NCBI GenBank assembly: GCA_051294375.1
Contig: JBJCIZ010000891.1
Coordinates: forward strand, 1-22,547
DNA: 22,547 nucleotides
DNA from: Paraspadella gotoi
Taxonomy: Eukaryota > Animalia > Chaetognatha
Direction: 5' to 3'
Both the position numbers and the translations under genes were made by a program. Below the pieces are notes generated by a model. The model ran no database searches, was not told the origin of the DNA, and saw nothing but the letters and a program-made list of their open reading frames with translations. Shown piece after piece: positions 20,117 through 22,547 of the stretch. Every line of letters starts with the position of its first letter. Within the stretch, counting starts at the first letter, position 1.

Positions 20117-22525
20117 GAATCGTCGACCATAGTCGTCGTCGACCGTCCTCCACAATTTATTATTTTTCAATACGTTTTTTAAAAAATCAATGGTACATTC
20201 TTTTATACTAATATATAAAACAGAATAACAATTGCAAAAAATAAGGTAAATACAAAAATCAAGAAGTTCATTTAAAGCTTAGCTAGCTTTGCTTGGTTGA
20301 AATAGGAAGGGCCGGTAGATTAAGCATGCGCGAAAGAAAAGTGAAATAACTTTGCAGTTTGGACCCCCCCCTATCCACTATCACGAAATGTCGCCAACCT
20401 TTTCTGTAACCAAGTCCAAAAAGCCACTTTTCCCGAAGAGGATGAGCCATTTCCTGAAAACCAATAGATAAACATATAAAATATTTTAGTATTTATTTTA
20501 ACAGTTTCTGTAAAGAAAATCCTATGACCTAAAACTAATTTGCAGTTATCCATATAGAATTGAGATATTTACTTTCGCCGACCAGGTTAGGAGGGTTTAG
20601 GGTTAGGGTGGTTTAGGGGTGGTTTAGGGATGTTTTTAAGGTTAAGGGTGGTTTAGGGGTGGTTTAGGGTTAGGGGGTAATGGATAAAATTTTTTAAAAT
20701 AAATATTTTTAAGTGTTTTTTTCAAAAGACGCCAAAACCTCGGTCGCTGAAAGTAAAATTTTGCTAAGTATCTGCAAGTAAAACTTAGCAAATAAAAATA
20801 CAATTGTCAAATCAAAATACATTAAAAATAATTCCTATGAGACCTTACAAAAGATAGCTGCCGTTAGCATACCTTTGACGAGATAGGGAAGAGTGGCTTG
20901 GTGGCGGCGGAGAATCCTTGGGAAGCCTTGGTCATGGAAGGCGGTCGCAGAGTTGCCAATAAAGTCTCCTTGGCGAGAGAAAGAGAGTCGCGACCCAAGT
21001 CCCAGGAAGAGGCGACGGCGGCGTCACGCAATAATTGAACCAAGAATAGCGACGGAGGCGGCGCCAAAAAAGTAATACAACCGAGATTCACTGAAAACGC
21101 GTTGTTGAGAGAGACGAATTCGGCTTGGAAAGCGAAGAAAAAAACGCCGTCGATTTTGGAGACGAGATTCGGCGTTGTCGGGGTCGTCGTTAGAGTAAAT
21201 TCTAAATTTAAACCATCAATAAATACTACTAATTAATAAAAGTAATATCCACTATGAAACAAACAATCACGAAATCAAATACGCAAGAAATACGGGAGAC
21301 GATGGAGATGTATATTGTATAAACAATTATGAGTCCAAAGATCGTGTAAAATGTAATCAAAGAACCAAGAAGCAAAAGGAAATAAAAATAAAACAAAATG
21401 AGGCACAAATCATAAGTAAGGCATATATTAAAAGTAAACGTAAAACTGTTTATATTTGGTTTTTCTTACTTTTACATAAAGTAAAGAAAACCAAATATAA
21501 ACAGTCAATAAATACGAATCCATGAATCGCAGATGAATGGAGGCAGACAATCCTTAAAGTACCATAATGGGAAAAAAAATTGTCGTAGTTTTAAAAAGTT
21601 AATTTCATTATTAAATATATTTTTTAACTGGTAAATAAGTTTGATATATAACTTCTTTAAAACTAAATAAAAATATTATTTTTTAATAGCATAAAATTAT
21701 TTAACTAGGATTTTGAGGTAGGCTATTTATTTTTCATTTCTTATGAACGACGTATAAAAATCTTATTACAGAAAAATAAAAAATATATTAATAAAAATAA
21801 ATACATTTTTATTATAAATTTTATTTCAAAACTTTTTTTAACCTTAACTACCTTTAATCCCTAACCACTGAGGCGGGCCAAAATTTAATATTTTTTATAA
21901 TATAAAAAAATTTGCAATAAAAATCTTTTATCCCTTTTAAACCAAATTGACTTATGATATTAAATTTTGATTAAATTAATTTTTCTCACGTATGGAAGCA
22001 TTTTAATATTTAATAATATATAAAAATATTTAAAAATTTTAAAAATAGATTCTGATTTTAAATTTTAATAATAAATAAACTAAAATTTAAAAAACCTTAA
22101 AAAATCATCATTATCATTCATTAAATTTTATAGTTTTATATAATTTTATAAATAAATCATTAAAATTTTAAAAAGTTGTAATAATAACCTTCATTTAACT
22201 TAATTTTTTTAAAAAAAAAATTTTGACATAATATTTAAATAATATAAAATAGCCTCCATGCGTTTAACTATAAGATAAATCTTAAATTTTTTAAAATTTT
22301 CACGATCTTTAATAAACACATTAACAATATTTATACCAAACTTCGTTAGTTTATAACCTGTTCCGCCTTACTAACCACCCTTAAACCTTAACCACTTTTA
22401 ATTCTATGCTAACCGTTTAAAATTTTATTTATTTTATATATTATTTAATTAAATAAAAAATAAATTATTTATATATATACAATTGTTTATTAAAAACAAA
22501 CAAATTTCAAACATATTCTCTCAAT
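20117..22525. repeat. Partial copy D of the large repeated unit
   Basis: Colinear with about 9008-11795 and the matching part of copy C; like C, it lacks the 10656-10900 palindrome. Confidence 0.95.
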
Positions 22526-22547
22526 ACTTTGTCAACTTATATCCCCT

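Overview
AT-rich eukaryotic-type sequence with N gaps, made mostly of staggered, error-rich partial copies of one multi-kb unit: A 1-2638, B 5427-13733, C 13834-20091 and D 20117-~22525. A visibly more GC-rich, unrelated block (2639-5426) sits between A and B. Most differences between copies are homopolymer or single-base indels typical of unpolished long reads, so part of the repetition may be assembly redundancy. Combining frames across copies reveals a cryptic ~200-codon minus-strand SGNH/GDSL-hydrolase-like gene that the ORF track shows only in pieces; it has an in-frame TAA just before GQND in all three copies. It lies in a run of possible small minus-strand ORFs. The unit also carries foldback/MITE-like elements, an inverted-repeat-bounded telomere-like G-rich cassette, a 20-bp minisatellite and a tRNA-derived SINE-like element. 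A ~1.5-kb segment lies in opposite orientation in B and C, with the breakpoint at AGCT inside the SINE. I recognised no reverse transcriptase, transposase, rRNA or CRISPR array, and the organism cannot be named from this window.
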